DNA of 55,301 bases from Chara braunii (lineage: Eukaryota; Plantae; Charophyceae): positions 3,331,573 through 3,386,873 of the forward strand of contig BFEA01000027.1 in the NCBI GenBank assembly GCA_003427395.1, written 5' to 3'. Below are positions 25,396 through 38,100 of this stretch, piece by piece. A model generated the notes under the pieces. It was not told the origin of the DNA. It made no database searches and saw nothing but the letters and a program-made list of their open reading frames with translations. The position numbers were made by a program, and so were the translations under genes. Numbering within the stretch: the stretch's first letter is position 1; each line of letters begins with the position of its first letter.

Positions 25396-26007
25396 GGGCA
25401 CGCATGCTCCCGAGAGAGAGGGGAGGAGAGTTGCACAAGGGCGGGTTTATGCCGTACGTGGTGCTTTCCGTGGGCTAGCAGGAAGCGTGGCCCGTGTCCT
25501 TTTCAACGTGTGGAAAGAAGGCCAAATGGAAGAGAAGAAAATGAAAAGTGAAATTAAGTGAAGAGTGAAAACACGTACGGTCATAGACTGCTTCTCGCAC
25601 ATGCTTCAGCAGGTAGATAAACATTACATCTCCGCATGCACAGTTCTCAGTAGAAAGGTGCAAATTCCCCCCGACACGTTGTTTTGGGCCCAGGCTGCGC
25701 TCCTGGCACTCCTCAGGGTGCTTCTCCCAGGATCGCCTTTGGGCACCACCAACTTTCCCGACCATCTGAGCTCGAGGGCCATTGGCTTTGCCCTCTGCCT
25801 TATACTAGTCGCCTATCTACCTGCTAAGTCACACGCTCACTGTGTGTCCTAGTTTGCCGCGACGTTCCGTTACGTGTCCGCAGCACCTTACAGAAATTTG
25901 AAATTCGCAACAACAAGAAGAAGAAGAAGAAGAAGAAGAAGAAGAAGAAAGACCGTGAAGGGAGGAGTGAGAGGGAAGAGGAGGGGAAACGCACAGCAGA
26001 AGGGAAA

Positions 26008-26793
26008 GAGGGGAGGAGATGGAGAGAACGGGTAGGGATAAGAGTGGAGCTGTAGAGGGGTGCAGATGGGAAGAATGTTGGCGGGCATTAACCACGTTTC
26101 ATTAGACAATGAAGTAGACAGGGGTTCCCAGACGATGAAGGAGAGAGGGAAAGAGGGAGAGTGGGAGAGAGGGAGAGAGGGAGAGAGGGAGAGAGGGAGA
26201 GAGGGAGGAGGGAGGAGGGAGGAGGGAGGAGGGAAGCACGACACGTGCAGGAAGAAGGGTGGGTGAACGTCCGTGAGACGGAATGGAGGAAATGGAAAAG
26301 GCAACGGAGAGAGTCGTCGTGTCTCTCACGCCCTCAACAATTAACTTTCACTCTGCCTACTCAGCAACGGCGTCAGGTCGTGCTCTGAAACGGCAACTTC
26401 TTGTTCTGAGAGCATATTCACACCAGGCGTTTCCTGGATGTATCGGACTCCACTTACGGCCGGAGACGGATGTATATGACCGCCATTGCGTCCAGAGAGC
26501 AGTCGGACAAGTCCCAAGTGTGAGTGCGCCCTTGAGAATGCCTCACTTGCAATCAACAGCTTGGCTTTTCGCCTCTCCCCCCCTCTCCGCGCGAGGGGAG
26601 CGAGATACTCCCACTCCGTTACAGCAATACCCTTCCCGACAGACTTTGAGATCGCGACCCATTGAGATCGCGACCCATTGAGATCGGGCCCCACCCATGA
26701 ACAACAGCACCATTGCAACGGCTACAAGCTGGAGTGATCCCTACCCCTTCTCTCCACTCTTATCCCTACCCCTTCTCTCCATCTCCTCCCCTC
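26008..26793. repeat. 42-bp inverted repeat pair (26008-26049 / 26752-26793)
   Basis: GAGGGGAGGAGATGGAGAGAACGGGTAGGGATAAGAGTGGAG versus its reverse complement, with one mismatch. Confidence 0.85.
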
Positions 26794-26870
26794 ATGAGCT
26801 TTCTTCCCGAGTCCACAAGCTCCTTGACCCAGGGACCCAGCTGGTCGGGACCCATTGAGTCATCCTTGGC

Positions 26871-26907
<37 letters not shown>

Positions 26908-27326
26908 CGTACTGAGTCTAAGCTATTTGACTCGGGAACTCAGCTGATCGGCACCCATTACGATTTATTTTTATAATTACTTCGCCGGATTGAGGTTCAT
27001 ATAACGAATCAGCCATCAATGTTCTTGATAATTAAAACGTCTAAATGAGATGTTTCGTATTTTTTTAATTCGGTTATATCTTATATAATTTTGTTTGATG
27101 GTTGACTTGCAATTTTGTTGAATAGAAAAATAAGATCACCACTGGAAACTTGAAAGCTAGGCCGAATGGCAATTTGATGATTACCACAAGAATTCATCGT
27201 TGGAGGGTTGGGGGTGTTTAANNNNNNNNNNNNNNNNNNNNNNNNNNNNNNNNNNNNNNNNNNNNNNNNNNNNNNNNNNNNNNNNNNNNNNNNNNNNNNN
27301 NNNNNNNNNNNNNNNNNNNNNNNNNN

Positions 27327-27409
<83 letters not shown>

Positions 27410-28563
27410 GTAAACAGAGGCCAAACACCGTCTTTCGCACATGCTTCAGCAAATTTTCACTTGACCCCGCATGCACTGAGCTCAGAAGAAACGCGCATTG
27501 CCGTAAACGGAGAAAGAGCAAAAGGATCCGACGTAAAGTGCGTGAAAGAGGAGGAAAAAGGAGTGCGACGAGCAAACGCAAGAGGGAGGGAGGAGGAGGA
27601 GAGGAGGAGAGGAGGACGAGGAAGAGTGAAGATCATACTCACGCTCGGATGTGCTGGACGTAACGTATTTGACTCCACTACGGGCAGATTGAGTCGAGGT
27701 AAATACGGGCAGATTGAGTCGAGGTAGACAATGCAAATAGTGAGTCGGGGTACACAATGCAAAAAATCTTTTAGAAGTACACAGCCGGGGGCAAGGTCCC
27801 ACTTGCGCAAATTACGAGATTTCGGCCGCTGATCGTTGTTATCTACGGTCAATATCTGTTAATCCGCTCTAGGGCTACGATCTGCGCTATCTACGGCTAT
27901 GATCTTTGCTGTCCATTTGGGGGGGCGGGGAGGAGGGAGATAAATTCTCTCTAGGTTGGATACTCCACTACAGAGCACTCTCTATGGACTCGTCAGAATG
28001 CACCTGGTCCGGAAATCATCAAGATGCATGTCGCATGTTCAGTAGTAAGAAAAGTCTGCCGTAGTCAGATAGGAAAAACGAACAGAAATTGTGCACCTCG
28101 CCACACCACTGTCGACAAGAAAACGAGGGAATCTTCACCCGGAAAAGGCCCAGATGCATTTGTTACTATTACTAGCAAATACCTCTTACTTGCCACTCTC
28201 TGTGGCAGATGCATTCAGATGCGTTCGTTCTCTTTTCGTTCGACACTGGTGTGGCGAGGCACTATGGGACTCGCTGCACTACTCTCGAAATGCACAACAG
28301 ACAAAAATCATGGCGGTGTATGTTTCCATATTCTAGACGAAGATTCACTCTCGTTTTGCACATGTGCCACCCCTGAGACTCGACTCCCGATCTTCGGCTT
28401 ACGGCTTTTGATTCTCAGGGGTGGCATTGGACAAAGACGAACGCGGGGGGCCTAGCCACACACCAGTGTCCAAACGGAAATAGTTGGAGGGCATCTCCGG
28501 CAGAGAATGGCAGGATGCATCCAGTACTACAGTACTACGAATGGCAAAGGGTGCCCCTTACCA

Positions 28564-29028
28564 TTTTTTTTTTCTCTTTTTTTTTTTTTTCCTTTTTTTT
28601 TTCTAAGCTATATTCTTCTCTCAAGTTCACCTCACACTACCTACCTGCCACAGCTCCTAATTATAGTCATACGGGGAACCCCGTAGCAGCCAGAACAGTG
28701 TTCAGGAGAGAACATGCCGGGGCGGCTCCGGACCTGCAGGTGGGCTATACCCGCTAGGGGACAGCCGGTAGCATCAGCGAGCAAGCCTACAGGACCAATC
28801 CCTGTGCCTCCCCTCAGGTGGTGGTCCCCTCCCCTACGAACATCAACAGATTCTGCTCAATGTCTCTAGGTGGCGGGCGCCAAGCATGCCCAGGAAGGTA
28901 GATCCAGTGGTCTATCTCTAGGTGGCGGGCGCCAAGCATGCCCAGGAAAGTACATGCCATTGGGGATTGAACCCACGACCTCCTGAATGCCACTTGCGAG
29001 CCTTACCAACTGGGTTGGGCGGCTGGAT
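28564..29028 (-). mobile_element. tRNA-derived SINE, family 1, copy A
   Basis: Minus-strand head ATCCAGCCGCCCAACCCAGTTGGTAAGGC...GGTTCAATCCC, body homologous to copy B, A-tail (T-run at 28564-28602). TSD CCCCTTACCA at 28554-28563 and 29029-29038. Internal ~34-bp duplication at 28863/28915. Confidence 0.9.
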
Positions 29029-29159
29029 CCCCTTACCAACTGAGTCTTTTTTCCGTTTGGACAGTGATGTGGCCGGGCCCATTCACATAAGTTGGGGGAC
29101 CTTGGAGAATGCACCACTTTCTTATGTTTCCATTCACACAAACAGGGCTGGGCTATTAG

Positions 29160-29362
29160 ATAAGGGGTGCTCCTAAGAAGGGATGGGTGTCACTAGCAGC
29201 CCTAAGGGATATTGGAGCACCAAGGTGATTTTGAATTGGCCGCAGCCCCGGGGAACAACAAACAGCAACCTGTGAATTGTATGATGTATCAAAGGGACGC
29301 TGGACCCGGTTTCCAGCAGGTGCTGCTCCCCACCAATAGATGGAGCCTCCCCGACGGTGCTA
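29160..29362 (+). mobile_element. 5'-truncated LINE 3' UTR fragment with type A motif (29294-29346), running into a gap
   Basis: 29161-29225 is homologous to the 3' UTR at 34903-34965 of the nested LINE. Confidence 0.75.
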
Positions 29363-29630
29363 NNNNNNNNNNNNNNNNNNNNNNNNNNNNNNNNNNNNNN
29401 NNNNNNNNNNNNNNNNNNNNNNNNNNNNNNNNNNNNNNNNNNNNNNNNNNNNNNNNNNNNNNNNNNNNNNNNNNNNNNNNNNNNNNNNNNNNNNNNNNNN
29501 NNNNNNNNNNNNCGTGCTGGGAACCGGGCCCAGCGTCCCAGTAGTGGGGTGGTAGGTGGTGAAGGTGAATTGAAAGAATTTGAAAGATGATGAAAGATTT
29601 GAGAGAAAAATATAGCAAAAAAAAAAAAAA

Positions 29631-29669
<39 letters not shown>

Positions 29670-29790
29670 CAAAACGTGTGCAGACCGGGGAAGTGGGAGT
29701 ACAAGACGAGATTTAGGGGCTCGCCACTGTCGAAAACACGATTTTCGATAGTTTCTATTGGCCACACAGCCTGTCGAAATTGGAGACGCT

Positions 29791-30179
29791 ATCCAGCGGC
29801 CTAGCTCAGTTGGTAAGGCTCGCAAGTGGCATTCAAGAGGTCATGGGTTCAATCCCCATTGGCCTCATGACCTTCCTGGGCTTACTTGGCACCCGCTACC
29901 CAAGAGATAGACCACTGGATCCCCCGATCGGCATCAAGCAGAGTCTGCTATGTTCGTAGGGGAGGGGCCTGAGGGGAGGCACGGGGGATTGGTTCGCTTT
30001 ATCCCTGGTGCTACTGGCCGTCACCTGGCCGGTATCCTGCAGGCTCGAGGGGCCGTAAAAACACGGCTCTGGTATGCTACGGGTTTCCCGGTATGCCTAT
30101 AAGTAGGAGTAGTGGTAGGTAGGTAGTGTGAGGAAAATTGAGAGAAGAGTATAGTCTTTTTAAAAATAAAAAGAAAAAA
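29791..30179 (+). mobile_element. tRNA-derived SINE, family 1, copy B
   Basis: A-box TAGCTCAGTTGG, B-box GGTTCAATCC and an A-rich tail. TSD GAAATTGGAGACGCT at 29776-29790 and 30180-30194. Confidence 0.93.
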
Positions 30180-30706
30180 GAAATTGGAGACGCTGTCCAA
30201 AACTAGCAAGTTGTCAGAGAATGCTTCTCGACACCTCCTCCTGTCGAAAGTTGTTGATTCCGTATCCAACAGCTAAGCGGGGCAGCCCCGCTTGGATGCA
30301 TCAGGAGAAAATCCAGATCCTATGCTTACAAGAGACCAAACTAAATACGGAAAAGATAGAAGAGATCAGACCTTGGTGGCAAGGTCCCCAATTTTGGGCC
30401 CCCGCGAGGGGATCCAAAGGAGGTACGGCCATCTTAATCAACAAAGATCTGGACTGTGAAATCTTAGACTCATACTCCGACCTGATGGGCCGCCTAATTT
30501 GGGTGAAATTAGCAGTTGAAGATGAAGACTGGGCTATCATTTCTATTTATGCCCCGGCGGACTATGTTGATCGTGCAACTTTCTTCGCCAATTTACCGAC
30601 AAGTATCCCAGATACGGAAAATATGGCAATCTTGGGAGACTGGAACACAATTCTGTGTCCGGGCCTAGACTCTCCTAAGCCCTCTCCTCTGAGAGAGGAC
30701 GCCAGC

Positions 30707-33700
30707 GCCCCAAATGACTCCACATCTAAGGTGGATCTTTGGCTTACTCTTCATGAACACCTACCAAACGATGCTCCTATTATACTTGCGGGTGACTTCA
30801 ACACCACCCTCGACCCTGCAATGGATCAAAGATCCACATCTACACGCCATGACTTAACACCCTCAACACCATCCGCCCCTGGTCCGAATATCCTCGTTTA
30901 TGGCAGATAGACAACTTGAAGATGCATATAGATTACTGCACCCCGCCCAAAAAGCCTACACCTGCCTATCATTGAGGGGCGAGCAAGGCCTTGCCAATTC
31001 ACGAATAGACCTTACGCTTGTTTCTAAAGAGATGATGGACTTAGTTACAACAGCAGAAATTACAACTACCAGCCCATGTAAATCTTTCAACCATAGGATG
31101 ATAACGCTGAGACTGTCATTCTACAATCATATCCAACGAGGTCCGAGGTTCTACAAATTGAATGCATCTTTGCTTCCCCTCCCCAGATTCAAAGTTCTGG
31201 TTAATGACTTATGGAAATATTGGCAAACCCAAAAACCCATCTTGGGGGAAAGGGTGAATTGGTTTAACAACGGACTGACACAATTACGAGAAAGAGCAAA
31301 AAAATTATCCATTCAACATGCGAGAGACCGTAAAACATGCCTTGAGAGTCTCATGCGAGACTTAGAAGAATGGAATGAACACCTCATGAATGACCCGCGG
31401 CGCCGCCCCTCCTATGACAAAGTGCAAGAGGCCCGAGACCACATCCAGTCGTACATCGAGCAGCAGGAGCAGGCATGGAGGGTGCACGCCAAAATTAAAA
31501 AACAACACACGAATGGACTTTTTTCAACAAGGCCAAAGCGAGAACAAGAGCAGCCACTGTTCCCAAGCTTAACCACCTGCTAGACAACAATGCCTTGTCT
31601 CCGACCAATGCATATTCGATAGTGGACTACGCGGCTAAATACTATAATAACCTGTTCACATCTGAGACACCCACCAAACACCCGGACGAGGTTCATCAAG
31701 CGAGAGAAATTCTTCTACAGGCAATTCGCTCCTCAATAACAACGCAACAAAGGGTCACCTTGGACGAGCCTATAACCTCACAAGACATCTGGGTTACCCT
31801 ACAAGATATGGAGGATGAGAAAATGTCCGGGATTGACTCTTTCCCGAAAGAATTTTGGGTGAGATTTTGGAACCTCCTTAAGGATGATCCCATGGAGTAC
31901 ATTCAGACGATTAAAAAAGAGGGATCCTTGGGAGGAATGATTGGTCAGGGATCACTACCCTCCTTTATAAGAAAGGGGACAAAGAGAATATTAGAAACTA
32001 TAAACCCATCACACTACTTTCGGTCCCCTACAAATTAGTGGTCAAAGTTCTTACTAACAGACTATTGCCCCTCATGAATATGTTGATTCATCCGGATCAG
32101 ACAGGGTTCATGCCCAATCGGAACATCCAGGATAATATCATGTTGGTTAATGAGACTGTCAAATATGCCCGTCAACGGAGGGTCCAAGCAACGATCCTTT
32201 TCATAGACTTCGAAAAGGCATATGACCACGTCGATTGAGATTTCCTTGACATATGTCTGCTCAAAATAAATTTTGGTCCGGTCTTTTGTCGATGGGTGCA
32301 CTTGCTGCACAGATCTGCGTCAACCAACATTATGCTAAATGTTCATCTCTCACCACCAATTCGCCTTCAAAGATCGGTGCGACAGGGAGATCCCATCATC
32401 GCACCATTGCTGTTTGTGATTGTTATGGTGACCCTTGCATCGATGATTAAAGCGCATCCGGGTATCAACAAAATTCCTATCCCAGAGATACCGCACCATC
32501 TTATACCAATTACTTCACTCTTTGCGGATGATCTCACTCTACTAATACGAGCAGACCCGGATAGCGTCCAAGCTCTCACCCAAGTTATTCACCTCTTCTC
32601 GCTCGCGGCCGACATGAAAGTTAATTGGGTTTCAAAGACTGAAGGCTGGTGGCTTCACCCTCAAGGACAACCACACTCTTCAGAGCCGAGTGTAGTAGCA
32701 TGGGCCCGCAAGGAAGAAACCATAAGGATACTTGGAGTGAGACTTACTGTCGTGGGTCCACCACCGGACCATGGGGACATGCTAGTCAACATGGTTTTGG
32801 ACCGGCTAGCCAGCTGGGAGGGCCTACACACATCACTGGTGGGACGCGCCTTAGCAATTAATAGCGCAGTTTTGGCTGCCATATGGTATAAATTGGCAGT
32901 ATGGTCATTGACCAAACAACAACACATTAGATTAAAGAAAGCCCTCACAACATATCTATGGAAAAACAACGCTAAGACCCAGGGCTGTGTCAACAGGGTG
33001 AAGTGAGACTTCCTCACACAGCCCAGATCCAAAGGGGCGTTGGGAATCTTGAACCCTGAAAATGAGATTGAAGCACTTATATTTAAAGTCCTCGTCCGAC
33101 TTCTTATTGGAAATGACATCCTCTGGAAGCCTTTTGCCTGTCTGCAAATAGCCAACCTTGCTCCACAAAATGATATATCTGGAAAGATCCGTCCATTCCA
33201 ATGACCGACAAACAACTACTGGATCATCCCCTCGCCACCAAAACAAGCGCACCTCTCACATCCACCTGACCCGGCGCAAGCCACAAGACTGGACATAACA
33301 GTAGATCCGCTTTGGCCTTATGCGATCCGACTTTGGAGACGACGGGGTCCCCAATAAAAATATCCTCCGAACACATGGCACAAAATATGGAGGCAACTCC
33401 TCTTTGGCAATCCACACATATTACAAGAATCAGGTTAACCTTTTTCACTGACAACAAATTCTCCTCGGCTCATTTGGGCCACGAAGGGCATCTTCACAGT
33501 CGGTGACATGTGGGATCTAGTGAGAGGGGAGTGAGCAAATCCTAGCCTGCTGCAACAATCAGGAGTGAACATGCTTACTAGCGTGCCCAATGGTCAACCA
33601 ACTATGGCAATGGTGGGATGCGGCCTTTCACTCCCTCACTGGATATCATATCCCCTGGAACTTAGGCCTTCTGCTGCTGCGAGAGAACCGCCACTTATTG

Positions 33701-35158
33701 GCACATTGGTCCCCATTTGCGACCAACCTTTTTTTATATACAAGGCTGCATAACTGGCATTTCATCAAAATTGACATCTTTTATTTTTTGAACGAAATTG
33801 AAATCGAGTTTTTTTGCCCAAAACTCGTTAAAAGTTGTTGTTCCTGAGGGTCCAGCGTTTTACCTCAAGAACAACAAATTTTAATGAGTTTTCGGCCAAA
33901 AAACTCAGTTTCAATTTCATTCAAAAAATAAAAAACGTCCATTTTGACGAAATGGTCATTGCATATCCTCATGTTGGCTTGGAGAGCCAGGTGCTCATTT
34001 GAAAGAAAAAACCACCAATTTGGCTTACTGCAGGCGCAAAAAGAGGTCGAAGAGCAGATCAAGAGTAACACTCAAGAAGCCTGAAAATGCATGAGGCGTA
34101 AATTCTTTGAGGAGAAAGACCCTGTCATCAAGGAGGTCATTCGAGAATCCTATATGCAGGATTGGCAGGACCCTAATAAACTATTTTCAGAACTTAACAC
34201 TGCCCTGGATATCAAATGGAAGCCATGGAGGAGAACGGAACCTGATTGGCAGAGGAAACTCTTTTGCGATTTTCACGTCTCATTCCTCCAACCCAACTTC
34301 ATCCTCCTTCCTAGTCCTAAGCCGCCTGCCCACTAACCTCCCCCTCCCCCCCACAGTCGCCCCATTGCCTACCCCTGCTTGCCCCACCGCCTGCCCTTAC
34401 TCCCCCGACTGCTTGATAATGGAGGTCTGAGGATCAAGAGACAGACATCAACGATAAAGAAGATGCCATCATCAAGGGAGGATCTTGTTGCTGAGGTTTT
34501 TAAGAATCATTAATGGTGGCATGCAAGGGTTCTGTATGGCTTCTGCATGGGTTAACAGAGCCATGACACTAGTCAACCTTGCAGCAGCAAATGGTTGATC
34601 GTCAACTACAACACATGCCTCCCTGACCTGAATTTGTTTTGGGGTAGAGGGGAGGTAGGGTAGCAGAGTACTAGGCTGAGTCAGGTGGGATAGATTGACG
34701 TCCCAGAGGGGGGTGTAGAATGCTGCACCAGGGTAATTCAGGCGAAGGGACAAACACACAATCACAAGCACAGTAATAACGCTCAGGCTGCTTTAAACAT
34801 GATTGTTTAGTTTTCAATAAGCTGTTTAAAAAAAGGGGTTAGGATATTAAGGGTCCAAAGGGTCAGAAATAAGGCTGCTGAAATAGGGCTTGGGTAATAG
34901 ACAAAGGGGCTCCTAGAAAGGGAAGGGTGATACTAGCAGCTCCATAGGATACTGGTGCCCCGGGACAAATCAGCAATCACCACAACCCTAGGAATCAACA
35001 AACGTCATTTTCTGTGTTGCTTGATGTATCTAATGGGACGCTGGACCCGGTTTCCAACAGGTGCCGCTCCCCACCAATAGATGGAGCAGCCTGACAGATA
35101 AGCCATCAATTATGACGGTTCTCTTACCACCGACAGGATAGAGGGATATCGCAAGGGC

Positions 35159-35190
<32 letters not shown>
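30707..35190 (+). mobile_element. L1/Tx1-like LINE (inner, 5'-truncated, degenerate)
   Basis: EN GDFNT, SRIDL. RT IDFEKAYDHV, VRQGDP, LFADD. 3' UTR with type A motif (35035-35087) and poly(A) at 35163-35190. TSD AGGACGCCAGC at 30696-30706 and 35191-35201. Confidence 0.93.
33758..33954. mobile_element. ~197-bp foldback/hairpin MITE inserted in the inner LINE ORF2
   Basis: ~90-bp imperfect inverted arms (CATTTCATCAAAATTGAC...TGTTGTTCCTGAGG / CCTCAAGAACAACA...ATTTTGACGAAATG) around a short spacer. One arm recurs at 54523-54615. Confidence 0.85.
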
Positions 35191-35193
<3 letters not shown>

Positions 35194-38100
35194 ACGCCAG
35201 CTTTCTGATGACTTTTCTGGAGTCTCAGGATCTGGTGGACACATTCAGAGTCATTAACCCAGACCTTAATGGTCACACCTGGTTTGGGGTTTGCCCTGAT
35301 GAGTACACCCCAACCCCGAGTAGGTGGCTAGATTTTATAGTGGTTGGGGGAGTACTATTGGAAAGGTGTGCGGACTCTGACTTTCGTATCTCTTCGATGT
35401 CGGATCATAATCCCATATTTTTTAGATCCTATCTAAAGAAACGGTGGAAAAAGAAAGACCACCGTTCAGGCTGAACATCAATAACCTAAAGGACAGGGGA
35501 ATCCCTCAGTGGATAGCCGATCAGATGCATGTCTGGCCTTTGGCCAAAGACCTTTTTGAAAAAATGAAGAAGACTGGGTGGATGTTGGCATCCAAATAAT
35601 TAGATCTGCTCTAATCGAGTTCTCTCGGATGAAGGCGGCCAGAAGAAATTGGAAGGAGACTCAAATCAAAAAGATCATAAGGGAAGCCGAATTGAATTTA
35701 TGTACAGATCCTTTTGCAAATTTCTATTGGACACGGAAAAGGAAGGAAACCCTAACTCAACTGGAAAAGATGGAGCAGCAGAAACAAACAGATTCGGTTA
35801 AGTGGTTGAAACTTCGCGGGATTACAGTCTACGACAGAATGACAAAACCGACTTTTCGCTCTTTGATCTTACGTCAAGCCCAACCACTAATTCGAGAATT
35901 TCAGCACCCCTTTTCCCTAGAAGAGTTACTGGCCTCTGACACAGTCAGTCTATGCCAATATGCATCAGAGTACTTCAGGGATATAGTGTCTATACGCAGA
36001 CCTTATGATCATTTTGACATAGATCTCTCTAGTGTTTCCGACGTTTGGGTCCAATCAAAAGTGCAGATCAAATTCTTAGATAGGGACAGAATGGATACCC
36101 CCTTGACTGAACAGGAGATTCATAAGGCACTTAAAAGGATGGCCCTGGGCAAATGCCCACGACTAGATGGTCTCCCGGTCGAACTGTTTCTCGGATCCTG
36201 GGAAGCCTTTGCCCCCTTCTTCGTCCAAGTAGACAACAGAGCCCTTGACAGGTTATCTGCCCAAGGGCTTTGTTAAAAGGGTTATTTCCCTATTATATAA
36301 GAAGGAGGATAAGAGGGAGGTTTGCAACTATCGTCCGATCTCCGTATTGAATGTTACCTATAAAATATTGGTCAAAACCTTAGCCATAAGACCGACAGAC
36401 TTGCTCCCCAACCTGTTTGGCTAGGAACAGGGTGCCTTTATAAAAGGAGGGTCAATATTTGAAAATATTTTAACAACGGTTCAAGCTCTTGAGATAATTG
36501 GGAAAGAGAAATGTGAAGTCGCGGTCCTTCTTCTTGACATGGAGAAGGCCTACGATAATGTAGGATGGACCTTTGTCTCCACAACTCTAAGTAAGATGGG
36601 TTTTGACCAGGGATTTAAAACCTGGATTGAGGCGATGTACTCTCATTCCACTTCAGCAGTCCAAGTCAATAACAGGCTATCAGATGAGTTTCCACTAACC
36701 AGGTCGTTGAGACAAGGCTGCACTTTAGCCCCCCTGCTCTTTGTCCTACAGTTAGAAACCCTGTTGAGGAACCATTCGTTAATAACAGGCCTGTCCCTGA
36801 CCCTCTCCCTTCAATGGAAGGGTGGGGCGCTGGCAAATAACCTTACTCTAGCATGCGAGAACTCCATAGTAGCATTAGAAAAGGTTAAATTAACTCTAGA
36901 TAAATATTGTGGGTTGTCTGAGGCATCAACTGGCACAGGTCTGTGTATTTCCTGCCTTCCTATTATACATTAAAGGTAAACTGGGGACTAAGACAAGTCT
37001 CGTCGGTCAGTTCTTAAAGATTTTTGGGGATCTTGGTGTCTCTGTCCTCCTGCTCTAAATCTCAAGACTTGTTGTTGTCACAAAAGGTGGTGGGCAGAAT
37101 TCTGCGTCGGCAAAGGAACTACAAGTTATCACTTTTCGGATGGTCCTCAGTGCTCTCGGCGGCTGCATTATCAGTGTTGTGGTTTCCGTTAACCATAAGA
37201 AAACTAGGAGACGAGGCTTACAAGCTGATTAAGAAAGTTGCGACCAGATATCTTTGGAAACCAGGCTCAGACAAGGAAGAATGCTATATTTCGAATTTAG
37301 CCTGGGAAACAGTAACTCAGGCTAGATCGGAACGAGGCCTCGGAATTTTAGATCCCCACCAGCAGAACCTGACCCTCTTGGCAAAGTGGCCAATCAAGGG
37401 CATGTTTGAAGACAACTCCAAACTCTGGATACAACTGGCGGAATACATTCTTAGCCAAGAATGAAACCTGTCGTTTCCAAGCCACGTCTGGATTTGCCTC
37501 CTCATGCCGTCCTTTGCTAACAAGAGACTTAAATCATAAGTTTGGCAGGACATTCTGTATGCATGGAAGAAACTGCACCCGCGGAGCTCCAACCATCCAA
37601 CGACGAAATAGGAAGCAACCAACCAAATACTCTTTGACAATCCGTTGATTCGGAGGATAGATCAGGAATGCTTCTCAGCGGCGGAAGGGGGGGGAACTTT
37701 TGGCAAATCTTGGATCGAGAAGGGGTTGCTGCAAATTAAAGATATATGGGATAGTAACAGTAACCAATGGATTTAAGAGGAGGATCTGAGAAGAAAATTA
37801 CCAAGACTCCGCAGAGTAAATCTGCACCGCCAGGGGTTAATCGCTGCAATTCCGGTCACCTGGACCAGCTTATTGAGAGCAGAGACCGAACACTTTTTTT
37901 TTTTTTTTTTTTTAAGACAAAACATAGTGAAGGCATATGGGTATTTTCATATAATGGTCCAGGGAAGATATGGAAAATCTTGGGCCCTAACTTGGGGACT
38001 AGGACAAAAGTTGAAGAATGAAGTTTTTCGGTGACAACTTCGGACACAAAAACTGATAGAACGACTCTCACAAGGCTGGGGGAGGCAGCAATACTGTCTA

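Noticed and set aside
23232-27852. ORFs with poly-SL/RE/CV/TH tracts
   Set aside because: These are translations of microsatellites and N-gaps.
29791-29875. Functional tRNA gene (also 28955-29028, 10887-10963, 44330-44403)
   Set aside because: Anticodon and acceptor stems do not pair. The family-1 heads continue into shared bodies with A-tails and TSDs, so these are SINE heads.
35035-35087. Motif as a known ribozyme or riboswitch (hammerhead, HDV-like, twister, preQ1)
   Set aside because: There is no CUGANGA/GAAA core, no HDV nested double-pseudoknot could be built by eye despite the ..AAUGGGAC resemblance, and there is no twister or preQ1 consensus. An Rfam search is still needed.
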